NCBI GenBank assembly: GCA_030445745.1
Contig: JASUTE010000004.1
Coordinates: forward strand, 88,173 to 152,172
Source: Candidatus Cloacimonadota bacterium
GTDB lineage: Bacteria; Cloacimonadota; Cloacimonadia; Cloacimonadales; TCS61
DNA length: 64,000 nt
Direction: 5' to 3'
Of this stretch, positions 1 through 9,897 are shown in pieces; position 1 is the first letter of the stretch; each line of letters begins with the position of its first letter. The translations under genes and the position numbers were made by a program. The notes under the pieces are model-generated. The model made no database searches and was not told the origin of the DNA. It saw only the letters and a program-made list of their open reading frames with translations.

Positions 1-191
1 TAATGAAATTTGTGCAGCACGAACCAACATTTCTGGAAAAAACAGAAAAATTGGAGCAATTACGTTTCTTGGAAAACGGCACAAGAATTAAAATGGTGCA
101 AACCAACTACAAAGGCTTTGGTATCGATACCTTGGAAGATCTAAAGGCTGCCGAGAAATTATTGAATGTTTTGGAGAACACCACTAAATAA
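1..191 (+). CDS. kdsB: 3-deoxy-manno-octulosonate cytidylyltransferase (CMP-KDO synthetase), C-terminal fragment, open at window start
   Basis: The frame is open from the window edge. The tail ...[16 protein letters not shown]...[17 protein letters not shown] matches the conserved KdsB C-terminus (LEQLR..G..I ... G[IV]DT.EDL). Confidence 0.6.
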   Translation, partial: MKFVQHEPTFLEKTEKLEQLRFLENGTRIKMVQTNYKGFGIDTLEDLKAAEKLLNVLENTTK

Positions 192-1346
192 AATAGTTCC
201 TGTTTCTCTGTGTTTTATGAGAAATAAAAAGGGATGATCGGCGCGAAAAATTTTGTTTTTCACAGGTGGTGCCGATTTTATGGCAACCACGCCGCCAGTA
301 GCTGCAGCAGCTTCTGTTCCTGTTTCATCTACCTGCACAAATGCTTTATGCAACACTGCACTCAAGTATAGGGCTTTCTGCTTATTCATACCCGAAAGGT
401 CAGCGTCATTGCCGAAGACATCCTTCATTCCCATTTTCTGCAAAACTGCTTTCAAATTCAAGGTTTTAGTAAGCTTAAATTTGGGTATTATTACTTCAAC
501 TCTTTCTGGTTTTGGTTTAGAATGCTGTTTTTCATTGTTGGTAAGTGAACCTAAAACATCATCGATATTGCTGTTTGCTTTAGGCAGTAAAATTTCCAAA
601 TATAGCTCGTTTCGTTTGTAAGGAATTTGAACCAGCTGATACTTTGGATTCTCAGTGTAATTTATGGTTAATTCTTTGCGCATAAAATCAGTTTGCTGTT
701 TTTCGGCAGCAGCATAGAAATAATCCTCAAAATTATTTTTGGGGTCAAATGGGAACTCCCAGTTTCCTAGAAAATAGATGGCATCGGTTAAAACTACTCT
801 GGTTGTAGGTTGCAAAATGCCTGGTTTTATTAAATCTTTTATCTTGTTTTTTGTTTGAGCTTCAACCCATCTATTAATTTTTTGTCTAGATTTTTCCAAA
901 GAAGCTGGTGTAGAAAAATTTAGTTTATAGGCTTCTGTTTGGTAATATTTCTGTAGTTTTTTTTGGTAGGAATTTAGTAGCTGAAAATCTTGCTGCACCC
1001 ACAAGGCATTGGCAATATTCAGTTGGGAATATTTTACCTGTTTCACAGAGTTTGTTTGGGAAGCAAAAGCTGCCTGGAAATCTTCTGAATTATCAAAATA
1101 CAGCACTTGTTGCATCTGTTTAGCGGTGTTACCTTTAGCACCTGCATATACCATCGCCAAAGCGGTTCGGATGCTAAAGGAAGAGAGAAATAAGTTTTCC
1201 GTGGTATCTAGATTTTGTAGGAGGTCGTAGCAGAATTGGTGATTGGGATTTTCTGGCATAGAAAAAGGCTTTTCTGCCTGGTTGGCGGACATTCCAAATA
1301 ACAAGGAATTGATGAGCACGAGGGCAATTAATAAAAGTTTATACAT
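159..1346 (-). CDS. secreted serpin (serine protease inhibitor) family protein
   Basis: 395 aa with an N-terminal signal peptide ([21 protein letters not shown]). It has the serpin hinge and reactive-centre loop [22 protein letters not shown] and the C-terminal signature [23 protein letters not shown]. Confidence 0.9.
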   Translation of the reverse strand: MYKLLLIALVLINSLLFGMSANQAEKPFSMPENPNHQFCYDLLQNLDTTENLFLSSFSIRTALAMVYAGAKGNTAKQMQQVLYFDNSEDFQAAFASQTNSVKQVKYSQLNIANALWVQQDFQLLNSYQKKLQKYYQTEAYKLNFSTPASLEKSRQKINRWVEAQTKNKIKDLIKPGILQPTTRVVLTDAIYFLGNWEFPFDPKNNFEDYFYAAAEKQQTDFMRKELTINYTENPKYQLVQIPYKRNELYLEILLPKANSNIDDVLGSLTNNEKQHSKPKPERVEVIIPKFKLTKTLNLKAVLQKMGMKDVFGNDADLSGMNKQKALYLSAVLHKAFVQVDETGTEAAAATGGVVAIKSAPPVKNKIFRADHPFLFLIKHRETGTILFSGVLQNIQ

Positions 1347-2121
1347 ATTTTTCTCCTTCTTGTAATATTTTCGAGCTTTCTACTGCTCTGTAAGGGTAAA
1401 AATTCTTGTTTTCTGGCTTTATCGCTTCAGTGGGGCAAAAACTAAGACAGCGCATACACATTTGGCACTCATCTTCGAACTCGGGATAATGATCCATAGT
1501 GATGTTATCTACTGGACATAATTTGTAGCAAAGTCCGCATTTTATGCACTTGGTAGTGTCTATATCAAATTCATATTTATTTCGTAGGAGATCCAAAAAT
1601 TTTTCACTTTGTGATATTTTTTTCATAGGATTGGGTAGGGGAAGATGAGGCCACTTACTAATGCCGAAAGTGATATCGTGGGCAAATTTACGAGCTTTAT
1701 TAATCCCTTTCTCTTGCAGTTTTTCAACTTTGGGTGCTGGTTTTTTTAGGTTCATATTATGTGGCATTTTTATCTCTTTAGCACCAATGGGACGATAGCC
1801 CTTCTTTTTTAGAAGCCTGTAAACAGCACTTTTTAAACTACTACTAAAAATTGCCATGGTATCCACCATGAAAGCATCTTGCGGTTCTGCGATAGTGGGA
1901 ATATCTTCCAAAAATTCCCAGATAAATTTAAAGGTGGATTGCATAATTACAGGAAAAGCCAAACCTAGTAAATTATCTGGATTTATTTGGTCTGCTTCCG
2001 ATTTTTCTATACGAAAAAGATCAACTTTATAACCATGTGTTTCAAAGAAGTCTTTCATCTCTTTTACCACAAGGTAGGTGTTTCCAGTACCCGAAAAGTA
2101 ATAAAAATCTAATTTTTTCAT
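1339..2121 (-). CDS. EFR1-type flavodoxin-like domain fused to a 2x[4Fe-4S] ferredoxin domain
   Basis: The N-terminus YYFSGTGNTYLVVKEM is a flavodoxin-like signature. The C-terminus carries CIKCGLCYKLCP and CQMCMRCLSFCP motifs. Start overlaps... rather, its stop region overlaps the serpin start by 8 nt. Confidence 0.75.
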   Translation of the reverse strand: MKKLDFYYFSGTGNTYLVVKEMKDFFETHGYKVDLFRIEKSEADQINPDNLLGLAFPVIMQSTFKFIWEFLEDIPTIAEPQDAFMVDTMAIFSSSLKSAVYRLLKKKGYRPIGAKEIKMPHNMNLKKPAPKVEKLQEKGINKARKFAHDITFGISKWPHLPLPNPMKKISQSEKFLDLLRNKYEFDIDTTKCIKCGLCYKLCPVDNITMDHYPEFEDECQMCMRCLSFCPTEAIKPENKNFYPYRAVESSKILQEGEKYV

Positions 2122-3182
2122 GTTCTCCCCTCACTAAATTTTTTTTCTAATTCAAAAAAAGTATGGTTTTCTGTAGGTGTGCCTACAGAGACCCGCAGAT
2201 AGTTTTTCAATATTGGATGAGCGCTTATATCACGCACGGCAATTTCGTTTTCTTGTAAATATTGGAAAAGTGAAGTGCTGTTTTCTCCAGCAGTGAAAGC
2301 CAGAAAGTTGGTAGAAGAGGGTTCTACCTTTATACCATCAAGTTGGCGTAAGCTTTCATACATTTCATTACGTAATTTAATTACGTTTTGGGTATGCTGT
2401 AAGAATATTTCTCTAAAATCAAGTATAGTATCAGCAAAAGTTTGTGTTAACAAACTTAAATTGAATGCTGTTATCACCTTTTTTAGCTGTTGTATATTTT
2501 GCTGATTGGAAATAGCATAGCCAAAGCGTAAGCCGGCAGCAGAAAAAGATTTTGAAAATGAACGTACTAAAATTAGGTTAGGAAACCGTTCCACATAATT
2601 TTGCAAAGTTGCACCTGAAAATTCAAAATAAGTTTCATCAACTAGCACCAATTTATTGCATTTTTCAATTATATACAGTAGTTTTTGTTTAGGAAACAAA
2701 TTACCAGTAGGATTATTAGGATTGCACAATATAGCTAATTTACAATTAGTATGGTTGCACATTTCTAAAAACTTATCTGGATTAAAATCAAAATTTTTAT
2801 CTAAGTGCAAAAATTTTATCTGCATTCCCACTGCGGAAGTATAGCTCTTGTAGTCGAAATAGGAGGGTGACAGAGAAACGGCATAATCTTCCGAACTATT
2901 GCGCACGGCTGTAAAAATATAGTAGAGCATCTCATCGGCGCCATTGCCTAAAACCAGGTTTTGAGTGTTTGTCCCAACATAGTTTGCCAGTTTCTTTTTC
3001 AAACTGCTACTAATAGGATTAAAATAACGGTTCAAATGTACATTTTGCATCTTTTTTAAAAAGGCATCTTTAATTACTGAAAAAGGGTCCAGCGTGCTTT
3101 CGTTCAAGCACATCATCGTTTTTTTGCGGGGGACTTTTATCTCTACTGCTTTTTTATTTTGCAGATCATTTCTAAAAAACAT
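2118..3182 (-). CDS. hisC: histidinol-phosphate aminotransferase (class II PLP aminotransferase)
   Basis: Contains NPNNPTG, the PLP-lysine motif SFSKSFSAAGLRFGY and the C-terminal YLRVSVGT. The true start may be the internal MM (MMCLNESTLDP). 4-nt overlap with the downstream gene. Confidence 0.8.
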   Translation of the reverse strand: MFFRNDLQNKKAVEIKVPRKKTMMCLNESTLDPFSVIKDAFLKKMQNVHLNRYFNPISSSLKKKLANYVGTNTQNLVLGNGADEMLYYIFTAVRNSSEDYAVSLSPSYFDYKSYTSAVGMQIKFLHLDKNFDFNPDKFLEMCNHTNCKLAILCNPNNPTGNLFPKQKLLYIIEKCNKLVLVDETYFEFSGATLQNYVERFPNLILVRSFSKSFSAAGLRFGYAISNQQNIQQLKKVITAFNLSLLTQTFADTILDFREIFLQHTQNVIKLRNEMYESLRQLDGIKVEPSSTNFLAFTAGENSTSLFQYLQENEIAVRDISAHPILKNYLRVSVGTPTENHTFFELEKKFSEGRT

Positions 3183-3262
3183 TCTAACCTCTTAAATTAA
3201 GAAAATATATTTACGAATAAGTTGTATTTATAATTAAAGTCAATAGAAAATATGGAGGTTAT

Positions 3263-3967
3263 ATGGAAATTAAAACGATTTTATTTGATGCTGACGGGAC
3301 TTTATTCGATTTTTCCAAAGCGGAGCAAACTGCTTTCACAAAAACTTTATCCTATTTTGGAATAATAGATAAAAATGGCAAGTTAGCAAAAACTTACGCA
3401 CAGTGTAATAATAGAATGTGGGAAAAGTTCGAGCAAGGACAGATCTCTGCAAAAAAACTTAGAATCGAGCGCTTTCGGCTTTTCTTAGAACAAAGTCGTT
3501 TGCCAGGTAAAGCAGCGGAGTTTAGCAAAAAATACATTAGTGAACTTAGCCGATGCCGTTATCTATTGCCAGGTGCTAAGCAAATTTTGCAGCAGCTTTT
3601 TGGCAAATTCGAAATAAACTTAATAACCAATGGTCTGCAAGATGTACAGCGGTCTCGCATAGAAAAATCGGAGTTAGCAAATTACTATTCACAGCTGTTT
3701 ATTTCGGAAGAAATTGGCTTTCCTAAACCCGATAGAAGGATCTTTGATTTTGTATTTAAAAAAATACTTCACAAAAATAAAAAACAGGTACTAATTGTCG
3801 GCGATAATTTATTTTCAGACATAAAAGGTGGAATTGATTATGGCATAAGAACCTGCTGGTTCAATCCGCTAAATGCTGCCAACAGCAGCAACATTGTTCC
3901 CGAGTTTGAAATTCAGGATTTAACTGAGTTGAAGAAAATATTAGGAGTAGAAGATGAAAATAATTAA
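3263..3967 (+). CDS. HAD-IA family hydrolase (YjjG-like nucleotidase family)
   Basis: HAD motif I ILFDADGTLFDF, motif III/IV VGDNLFSDIKGG, and a cap-domain pattern typical of YjjG-type enzymes. Confidence 0.7.
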   Translation: MEIKTILFDADGTLFDFSKAEQTAFTKTLSYFGIIDKNGKLAKTYAQCNNRMWEKFEQGQISAKKLRIERFRLFLEQSRLPGKAAEFSKKYISELSRCRYLLPGAKQILQQLFGKFEINLITNGLQDVQRSRIEKSELANYYSQLFISEEIGFPKPDRRIFDFVFKKILHKNKKQVLIVGDNLFSDIKGGIDYGIRTCWFNPLNAANSSNIVPEFEIQDLTELKKILGVEDENN

Positions 3968-4856
3968 ATTGATTGTAATTTTAACATTTTTACTATCTGT
4001 AGCTGCTTGTAACACCAATGCTAAATTAGGCAGCAAGCATAATCCGATTAAAATGTATTTTGTTCCTTCCATGGAGGCCGGTAAAATTATTACAAGCGGT
4101 CGCGAAATTGCCGATCATTTGGAAGAAGTTACAGGCTATAGCTTTAAAGTTGCAGTACCCACCAGCTACGCTTCGGTAATAGAAGCAATGGGAACCAAAG
4201 AAACTGATATCGCTTGGTTAGCTACTTTTGCTTATGTTTTGGCACACGAGAAATTTGGTGCAGAAGTAGAATTAACAGTTGTTCGCCAGGGTATGGAAAA
4301 GTATCGTGGTCAGTTTGTAGCAAAAGTTGGAAGTGGTATCGATTCTATCGAGGATATAGAAGGGAAGGTAATTGCATATACCGATGCGGCTTCTACTTCG
4401 GGTTATATTTATCCTTCTGCATTGCTGAAGCAAAAAGGTATAAAGCCTGCCAGAACTTTTTTTGCTGGGGGACATCCGCAGGCAATTTTAGCCGTCTATC
4501 AAGGGCGAGCAGATGTGGGATGTACATTTTGGACTCCTTCCAATGATAATGAAATACGCGATGCACGCCGTGCTGTTATAGAAACTTATCCCGATGTGGT
4601 TGAAAAAATTAAAATTATCGGATTTACCGATTGGATTCCTAACGATACCGTTGCTTTCCGCAAAAATTTCCCCAAAGAGATGAAAGAGGAAATTGTAGAT
4701 GAACTGTTAAAATTTGCTAAAACTAAAAAAGGCAAACGAATTTTGTATGAGATCTTAGATATAGATGATTTGGTGCGAGCTAAAGATTCCGACTACGACA
4801 TTGTTCGTGAAACCTTGAAATTAACTGGAAGCGATGCAGCGGATATGCTGGAATGA
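3954..4856 (+). CDS. phnD: phosphonate/phosphite-type ABC transporter substrate-binding lipoprotein (PhnD family)
   Basis: Lipobox LSVAAC. PhnD-like core ...PTSYASVIEAMGTKETDIAWL...YRGQFVAK...DAASTSGYIYP. Overlaps both neighbouring genes in operon fashion. Confidence 0.8.
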   Translation: MKIIKLIVILTFLLSVAACNTNAKLGSKHNPIKMYFVPSMEAGKIITSGREIADHLEEVTGYSFKVAVPTSYASVIEAMGTKETDIAWLATFAYVLAHEKFGAEVELTVVRQGMEKYRGQFVAKVGSGIDSIEDIEGKVIAYTDAASTSGYIYPSALLKQKGIKPARTFFAGGHPQAILAVYQGRADVGCTFWTPSNDNEIRDARRAVIETYPDVVEKIKIIGFTDWIPNDTVAFRKNFPKEMKEEIVDELLKFAKTKKGKRILYEILDIDDLVRAKDSDYDIVRETLKLTGSDAADMLE

Positions 4857-5620
4857 AAAATATTATTGAAATTTCTGAACTGCATAAGATCTACGCAGGT
4901 GGTACTCATGCTTTGCAGGGAATAGACTTGCAAGTGAAAGAGGGAGAGTTCTTAATTTTATTGGGGCTTTCTGGCTCTGGCAAATCTACCCTGTTACGCT
5001 GTTTGAACCGGCTGATCGAGCCTACATCCGGCCGAATCAATATCGATGGTGAAGATGTAATATCAGCGAAAGGTATAAGACTGAGAAAAATAAGAAGGCG
5101 CATCGGTATGATCTTTCAACAGTTCAATCTAATCAAAAATCTCAGTGCACTCACCAATGTACTCAGTGGTAAACTAGGCTATGTTTCATTGTGGCATGCA
5201 CTTACATTCAGACAACACAAACAAGATGTACAAGAAGCACAGCAAAATTTACAACGAGTTGGTTTAAACGATTTTGCTAATAACAAAATTAGGAATTTAA
5301 GCGGTGGACAGCAGCAACGTGTAGCTATTGCCCGTGCCCTGATGCAAAATCCCAAATTAATTCTGGCAGATGAACCAGTAGCCAGTCTGGATCCTGCAAC
5401 AGCAGATTCAGTGATGAAATATCTGGGTGAGTTGAACAAAAAAGATGATATAACTGTTATTTGCTCATTGCATTTTCTTAGTCTTGCTCGTAAATATGGT
5501 TCTCGGGTTGTGGCATTAAAAAATGGCAAAATTGTTTTTGATGGTATTCCCACAGAGATAGATGAGCAAAAATTCAAAGATATTTACGGCGAGGAAGCTG
5601 AGGAGGTGGAGATACGATGA
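4853..5620 (+). CDS. phnC: phosphonate-type ABC transporter ATP-binding protein
   Basis: Walker [13 protein letters not shown] signature [15 protein letters not shown], Walker B LILADEP. Has the PhnC-type N-terminus, and ATGA overlaps both neighbours. Confidence 0.85.
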   Translation: MKNIIEISELHKIYAGGTHALQGIDLQVKEGEFLILLGLSGSGKSTLLRCLNRLIEPTSGRINIDGEDVISAKGIRLRKIRRRIGMIFQQFNLIKNLSALTNVLSGKLGYVSLWHALTFRQHKQDVQEAQQNLQRVGLNDFANNKIRNLSGGQQQRVAIARALMQNPKLILADEPVASLDPATADSVMKYLGELNKKDDITVICSLHFLSLARKYGSRVVALKNGKIVFDGIPTEIDEQKFKDIYGEEAEEVEIR

Positions 5621-6819
5621 GAACTATAATAAAAAATACCGCCAAAGGCTTGCTAACCGATCTTCTATTCTGGACATATTTGTTTAGTTGTGTATATTTT
5701 TTAGTAAATTTATGGGCTACAATTGAATTCAGTTACCTTTATCTGTTTTTAGCTGGAATCGTAGCAGCTTTGGCTACTTTTTTCAGTAAGCTTTCCCTGG
5801 GTTACAAGATGTTTAGGAAGGGCCAGAAAAAGAAGTGGACGAAGACGTTTTGGGGCTGGAGTGTAGCAATAGCTCTTGTTATAACTTTTACTGTAGGTTG
5901 GAATATAGTGGAAGTGCAACCCTATAAGTTTTTTACAGGCTTTTCTAAAGCTGGAGGTATAACTTCAGGGATTTTTGATCCCAGCATTGTGGGCTATCAG
6001 CTTACAGAAGACTCTTTTGAACAAATGAAAAAAGCTGAAATTCCTAAACCTATTTTACAGAAGCTGGAAAAAATTAAATACAAAAATTTTAATACGGGGA
6101 ATATGTTGGAAGAGCGGTTGCAAAAGCTAATTTCTGCAACTAATTATGCAAAGTATAAGGATAGGATTTTCGCAAGTGCCCAAAAAAATACCAAAATGCT
6201 GAATATGGCTTTGGAAGCTTTGGCTGAAACAATTTTTTTGGCATTATTAGCTACGGTTTTAGCAATTCCATTTGCCTTTATTCTTAGCTTTTTTGCTGCC
6301 CGCAATCTAATGCCGAAAACTATACTGGGAAATGCTGTGTATTTGGTTATAAGAACAGTAGCTACTATTTTCCGATCAATAGAAGCTTTAGTGTGGGCTA
6401 TTATCTTTAGTGTTTGGGTGGGTATAGGACCTTTTGCTGGTATGCTGGCCTTGATGATACACTCCATAGCAGCTCTTACTAAATTATATTCCGAACAGAT
6501 AGAAAATATTGATCCTGGCCCAGTAGAAGCTATTAAAGCAACTGGAGCCAGCACGTTACAAACCTGGATCTATGCTGTTATCCCACAAATTATTTCGCCT
6601 TACCTGGCTTTTACTATCTATCGCTGGGATATAAATGTTCGTATGGCTACTATCGTCGGTTTTGTGGGTGGTGGTGGTATTGGTCTGCTGCTTCTGCAAC
6701 AACAACAATTACTGCGCTGGCATAATGTAGGACTTATTATCTGGCTTATTGCGGCAGTAGTGTGGATAATGGATATGGTGAGCGCTAGGGTAAGGGAAAA
6801 ATTAGCCGAGCTGAATTAA
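5617..6819 (+). CDS. phnE: phosphonate-type ABC transporter permease with a ~190-aa N-terminal extension
   Basis: The C-terminal ~210 aa carry PhnE/BPD-type permease features (EALAETIFLALLATVLAIPFAF..., IEALVWAIIFS, GASTLQTWIYAVIPQI). The N-terminal part has extra TM helices and a charged soluble segment. Confidence 0.75.
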   Translation: MRTIIKNTAKGLLTDLLFWTYLFSCVYFLVNLWATIEFSYLYLFLAGIVAALATFFSKLSLGYKMFRKGQKKKWTKTFWGWSVAIALVITFTVGWNIVEVQPYKFFTGFSKAGGITSGIFDPSIVGYQLTEDSFEQMKKAEIPKPILQKLEKIKYKNFNTGNMLEERLQKLISATNYAKYKDRIFASAQKNTKMLNMALEALAETIFLALLATVLAIPFAFILSFFAARNLMPKTILGNAVYLVIRTVATIFRSIEALVWAIIFSVWVGIGPFAGMLALMIHSIAALTKLYSEQIENIDPGPVEAIKATGASTLQTWIYAVIPQIISPYLAFTIYRWDINVRMATIVGFVGGGGIGLLLLQQQQLLRWHNVGLIIWLIAAVVWIMDMVSARVREKLAELN

Positions 6820-6820
6820 A

Positions 6821-8230
6821 ATGGAGGATATGATGGATAACGAGAAATTATATTATAATCCAAAACCTACAAAACAGCGTTCTAAATTTGAGTCAGTTTT
6901 TATTAAATATACACAAGAGCAAATTCTTTTATTCGGTTTTGTAATTTTAATAATTATTGGTGCTATTATTTTAAGTTTACCAATTTCTTCTGCAACGGGA
7001 ACAAATCAGCCTTTTATTGATGCGTTATTTACCTCGGCCTCAGCAGTATCAACAACAGGTTTAAGTGTAGTTGATATAGGAACTTTTTACAATTTGTTTG
7101 GGCAGATTATTATTCTGCTTTTAATACAAGTTGGAGGTTTAGGGTACATGGTATTTGTGGTTTTACTTATCTATATTATTAGGCGAAATATATCGTTGCA
7201 GGGTTCGTTTTTCATGAAAGAAATACTATCAGGAGATTCTGGTATTACAGCTGAAAACGTTTTAAAAGTAGTTAAAATCGTAATAGTTACAACATTGATT
7301 ATAGAATTATTCGGTGCAGTTTTATACACTGTTTTCTTTTATCAAGATTTCTCAATATCAAAAGCAATATATTATGGCATTTTCCATTCTATTTCAGCTT
7401 TTTGTACAGCTGGTTTTTCTTTATTCTCGGATAGTATGTCACAGTATCAATTTAATTATGGAATAAATATAACTACATATTTAATTACAATGGCAGGTGG
7501 TCTTGGGTTTGTGGTGTTATATGACGTCTTTTCTAAGCTCAAAAATAAGAACCTTAAATTCTGCAGATTAATGCCATATTCAAAACTAGTGCTGGTTACT
7601 TCTGCAATTATTATTGGTATTAGTTCGATTATAATCTTCTATTCAGAAACTTTGCTTACACATTATTCAGATTCAAATAGATTCCTAACAACATTGTTTC
7701 AATCAATTTCAGCATCTTCGACAACTGGATTTAATTCATTCGATATAACATCATATAGTATTACATCACTATTTGTAATAATTGTGTTAATGTTCATTGG
7801 AACTGGCTCCGCCAGTACCGGGGGTGGGGTAAAATGCTCAACCTTTTCGATTGCAGTATTATCGATAATTGCTATATTAAAAGGAAACAAAGATACAAAT
7901 GCTTTCGGGCATAAAGTTCCTCAACATACTGTTAAGATTGCCTTTGTCATAATATTTTTAGGAATCTCATTAATTCTGGTTGATTTGATAATCTTAGCAA
8001 ATACTGAAACTCATTCTCTATTTGACTTAATTTTCGAAATAACTTCAGCTTTTGGAACTGTAGGATTATCTACTGGTATAACCTCTACTCTAAGTTACGC
8101 TGGTAAAGCGATAATTATCTTCACTATGTTAATAGGACGTTTGGGACCCCTAACAATAGGTATGAGTATTGCAGGGAAGCAACCCAAAAGTACGTTCAGT
8201 TACGGTGTGGAACAGTTTCATGTAGGCTAA
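6821..8230 (+). CDS. ktrB: Ktr/Trk-family potassium transporter membrane subunit
   Basis: Four pore-loop glycine motifs (SVSTTGLS, FCTAGFS, SSTTGFNS, FGTVGLSTG) in a polytopic 469-aa protein. No KtrA/TrkA RCK subunit gene is present in the window. Confidence 0.8.
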   Translation: MEDMMDNEKLYYNPKPTKQRSKFESVFIKYTQEQILLFGFVILIIIGAIILSLPISSATGTNQPFIDALFTSASAVSTTGLSVVDIGTFYNLFGQIIILLLIQVGGLGYMVFVVLLIYIIRRNISLQGSFFMKEILSGDSGITAENVLKVVKIVIVTTLIIELFGAVLYTVFFYQDFSISKAIYYGIFHSISAFCTAGFSLFSDSMSQYQFNYGINITTYLITMAGGLGFVVLYDVFSKLKNKNLKFCRLMPYSKLVLVTSAIIIGISSIIIFYSETLLTHYSDSNRFLTTLFQSISASSTTGFNSFDITSYSITSLFVIIVLMFIGTGSASTGGGVKCSTFSIAVLSIIAILKGNKDTNAFGHKVPQHTVKIAFVIIFLGISLILVDLIILANTETHSLFDLIFEITSAFGTVGLSTGITSTLSYAGKAIIIFTMLIGRLGPLTIGMSIAGKQPKSTFSYGVEQFHVG

Positions 8231-8671
8231 TCCAATATAATCAATATTTTACTTTAAAATTACATGATTAAAAAGAGATAAAATACTAAACCCAAAAGCT
8301 TTTAGTTACCATTTTAGAGAGTTTTTTCTGCTATAGAGCTTTTGTTTATTTTAGTTCTGGAATCATAATATTCTAGTATTTTTTTCCAAATTTATTACAG
8401 TTTATTTTTATTACTTCTCCCGCTTCCAGTCCTAAGATTTTGTAAATATAATCACCGCTCTCTTTATTTTGCTACAACTGAGTATGTTGTGTGATGATTG
8501 GCTATCCATCTTTTTCGATTCCTACTTAACCATTAAAATATTCGGAAACATTACATACTTTGTATTCGCATTCTATGGTAAGTGTTTTCGTATGAGGATT
8601 ATCATTTGCCTGTAGGTTGGAAGCAGGAAGTGCACAAAGTGTTCCTAAAACATCAATACAGGCAAGATATG

Positions 8672-8902
8672 TTATCTTTTCTTTTTCTTAAAGATTTGAT
8701 TTTTTAGCCAATTCCAATTCAATCTTATGTGAAAAATAGCCATTATAAAGAAAAGAATACCGGCGATTTCATGGATTTCGCTCAAAAATGATGCACCTTT
8801 AAGTTGTGATGGAATAAATTCATAAAAGAGAATACTTAAAACTATAATAAGGAACAAAAAGAGCATACAAACGTTAACGATTTTGAGTGATTTTAATTTC
8901 AT
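8672..8902 (-). CDS. small two/three-helix membrane protein (DUF4405-like)
   Basis: 76 aa, hydrophobic. The His-containing motif HEIAGILFFIMAIFHIRLNWNWLK resembles DUF4405 proteins. Weak assignment. Confidence 0.4.
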   Translation of the reverse strand: MKLKSLKIVNVCMLFLFLIIVLSILFYEFIPSQLKGASFLSEIHEIAGILFFIMAIFHIRLNWNWLKNQIFKKKKR

Positions 8903-8952
8903 AAATCCTCCTACTGCTATTTGGAAATTTATTTAACTATTTGTCAATAAAT

Positions 8953-8990
8953 AAAAAAATCGGTGACAGAAATATCGGTCACCGATTTTT
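8953..8990 (-). terminator. rho-independent terminator (A-run / stem-loop / T-run, potentially bidirectional) downstream of the SDR gene
   Basis: aaaaaaATCGGTGACagaaatatcgGTCACCGATttttt. The 9-bp arms are at 8959-8967 and 8978-8986, flanked by an A-run and a T-run. Confidence 0.6.
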
Positions 8991-9002
8991 GTATTTATTA
9001 TA

Positions 9003-9779
9003 TTATTGAGCTGTCATTCCACCATCTACCGGCAATACTACTCCCGTAATAAAGCTACTTTCATCACTAGCTAGAAATACTGCTGCAGCTGCTACTTCTT
9101 CGTTTGTTGCATATCTTTGTAGGGGGATAGATTGCTCGAAATTAGATTTAGCTGCTTCTGCCTGACCAGGAGTGAATCCCTCTTCCAAAGAGCGCATCAT
9201 ACGATTATCTACCGGAGCTGGGTTAATTGTATTTACTCGTATTTTGTGAGGAGCACCTTCCAGAGCTGCTGAGCGCATCATACCTATGACAGCATGTTTG
9301 CTGGTAACATAGGGAAGTATATTGGCTGTGCCAGTTAAGCCAGCTACCGATGATGTCATAATAACCGAACCGCCTTTTTCTTTCATCAATGGAAAGATAT
9401 AACGCAGCCCATAAAACATTCCATCCACGTTAATGGACATTAATTTATGGTATTTATCCAGCGAATAATCTTCTAATGGTTTAACTTCGCCTTCTATACC
9501 AGCATTGTTGCAAAACACATCTACATTGCCGAAAAGCTCTTTAGCCTTCTTAGCATAAGCTTTTACTTGCTCTTCATCGCTAACATCTGCAACAAAGGTG
9601 TGCACATTTGGTGAGTTTAAATCTTCTGCTGTTTTTTGCAATGCTCTTTCGTTTATATCAACCAAAAGAATTTTAGCGCCTTCAGCCAGCATCATTTTTG
9701 CTACTGTAGAGCCAATTCCTCCGGATCCACCGGTGATAACTATCTTTTTGTTTTCCAGTCTTTTCATTTTTTCCTCCAT
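9003..9779 (-). CDS. short-chain dehydrogenase/reductase (SDR) family oxidoreductase
   Basis: TGGSGGIGS cofactor motif, NNAG, catalytic S...YVTSK, and the C-terminal ITGVVLPVDGG. Confidence 0.85.
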   Translation of the reverse strand: MEEKMKRLENKKIVITGGSGGIGSTVAKMMLAEGAKILLVDINERALQKTAEDLNSPNVHTFVADVSDEEQVKAYAKKAKELFGNVDVFCNNAGIEGEVKPLEDYSLDKYHKLMSINVDGMFYGLRYIFPLMKEKGGSVIMTSSVAGLTGTANILPYVTSKHAVIGMMRSAALEGAPHKIRVNTINPAPVDNRMMRSLEEGFTPGQAEAAKSNFEQSIPLQRYATNEEVAAAAVFLASDESSFITGVVLPVDGGMTAQ

Positions 9780-9851
9780 TTTACTTTTCTTAATAAACTA
9801 ATGGTAAATGTTAATAATGCTAAATATATTTTCTAAATTTGGAAATAAAAA

Positions 9852-9876
9852 AGCCCGAGCTATTAGGGCTCGGGCT
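9852..9876 (-). terminator. rho-independent terminator downstream of gcvPB
   Basis: Read on the minus strand: AGCCCGAGccctaataGCTCGGGCT followed by TTTTTT (complement of the a-run at 9846-9851). Lies about 20 nt after the gcvPB stop. Confidence 0.65.
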
Positions 9877-9897
9877 AGAAGATTAATAAATTAGTAT

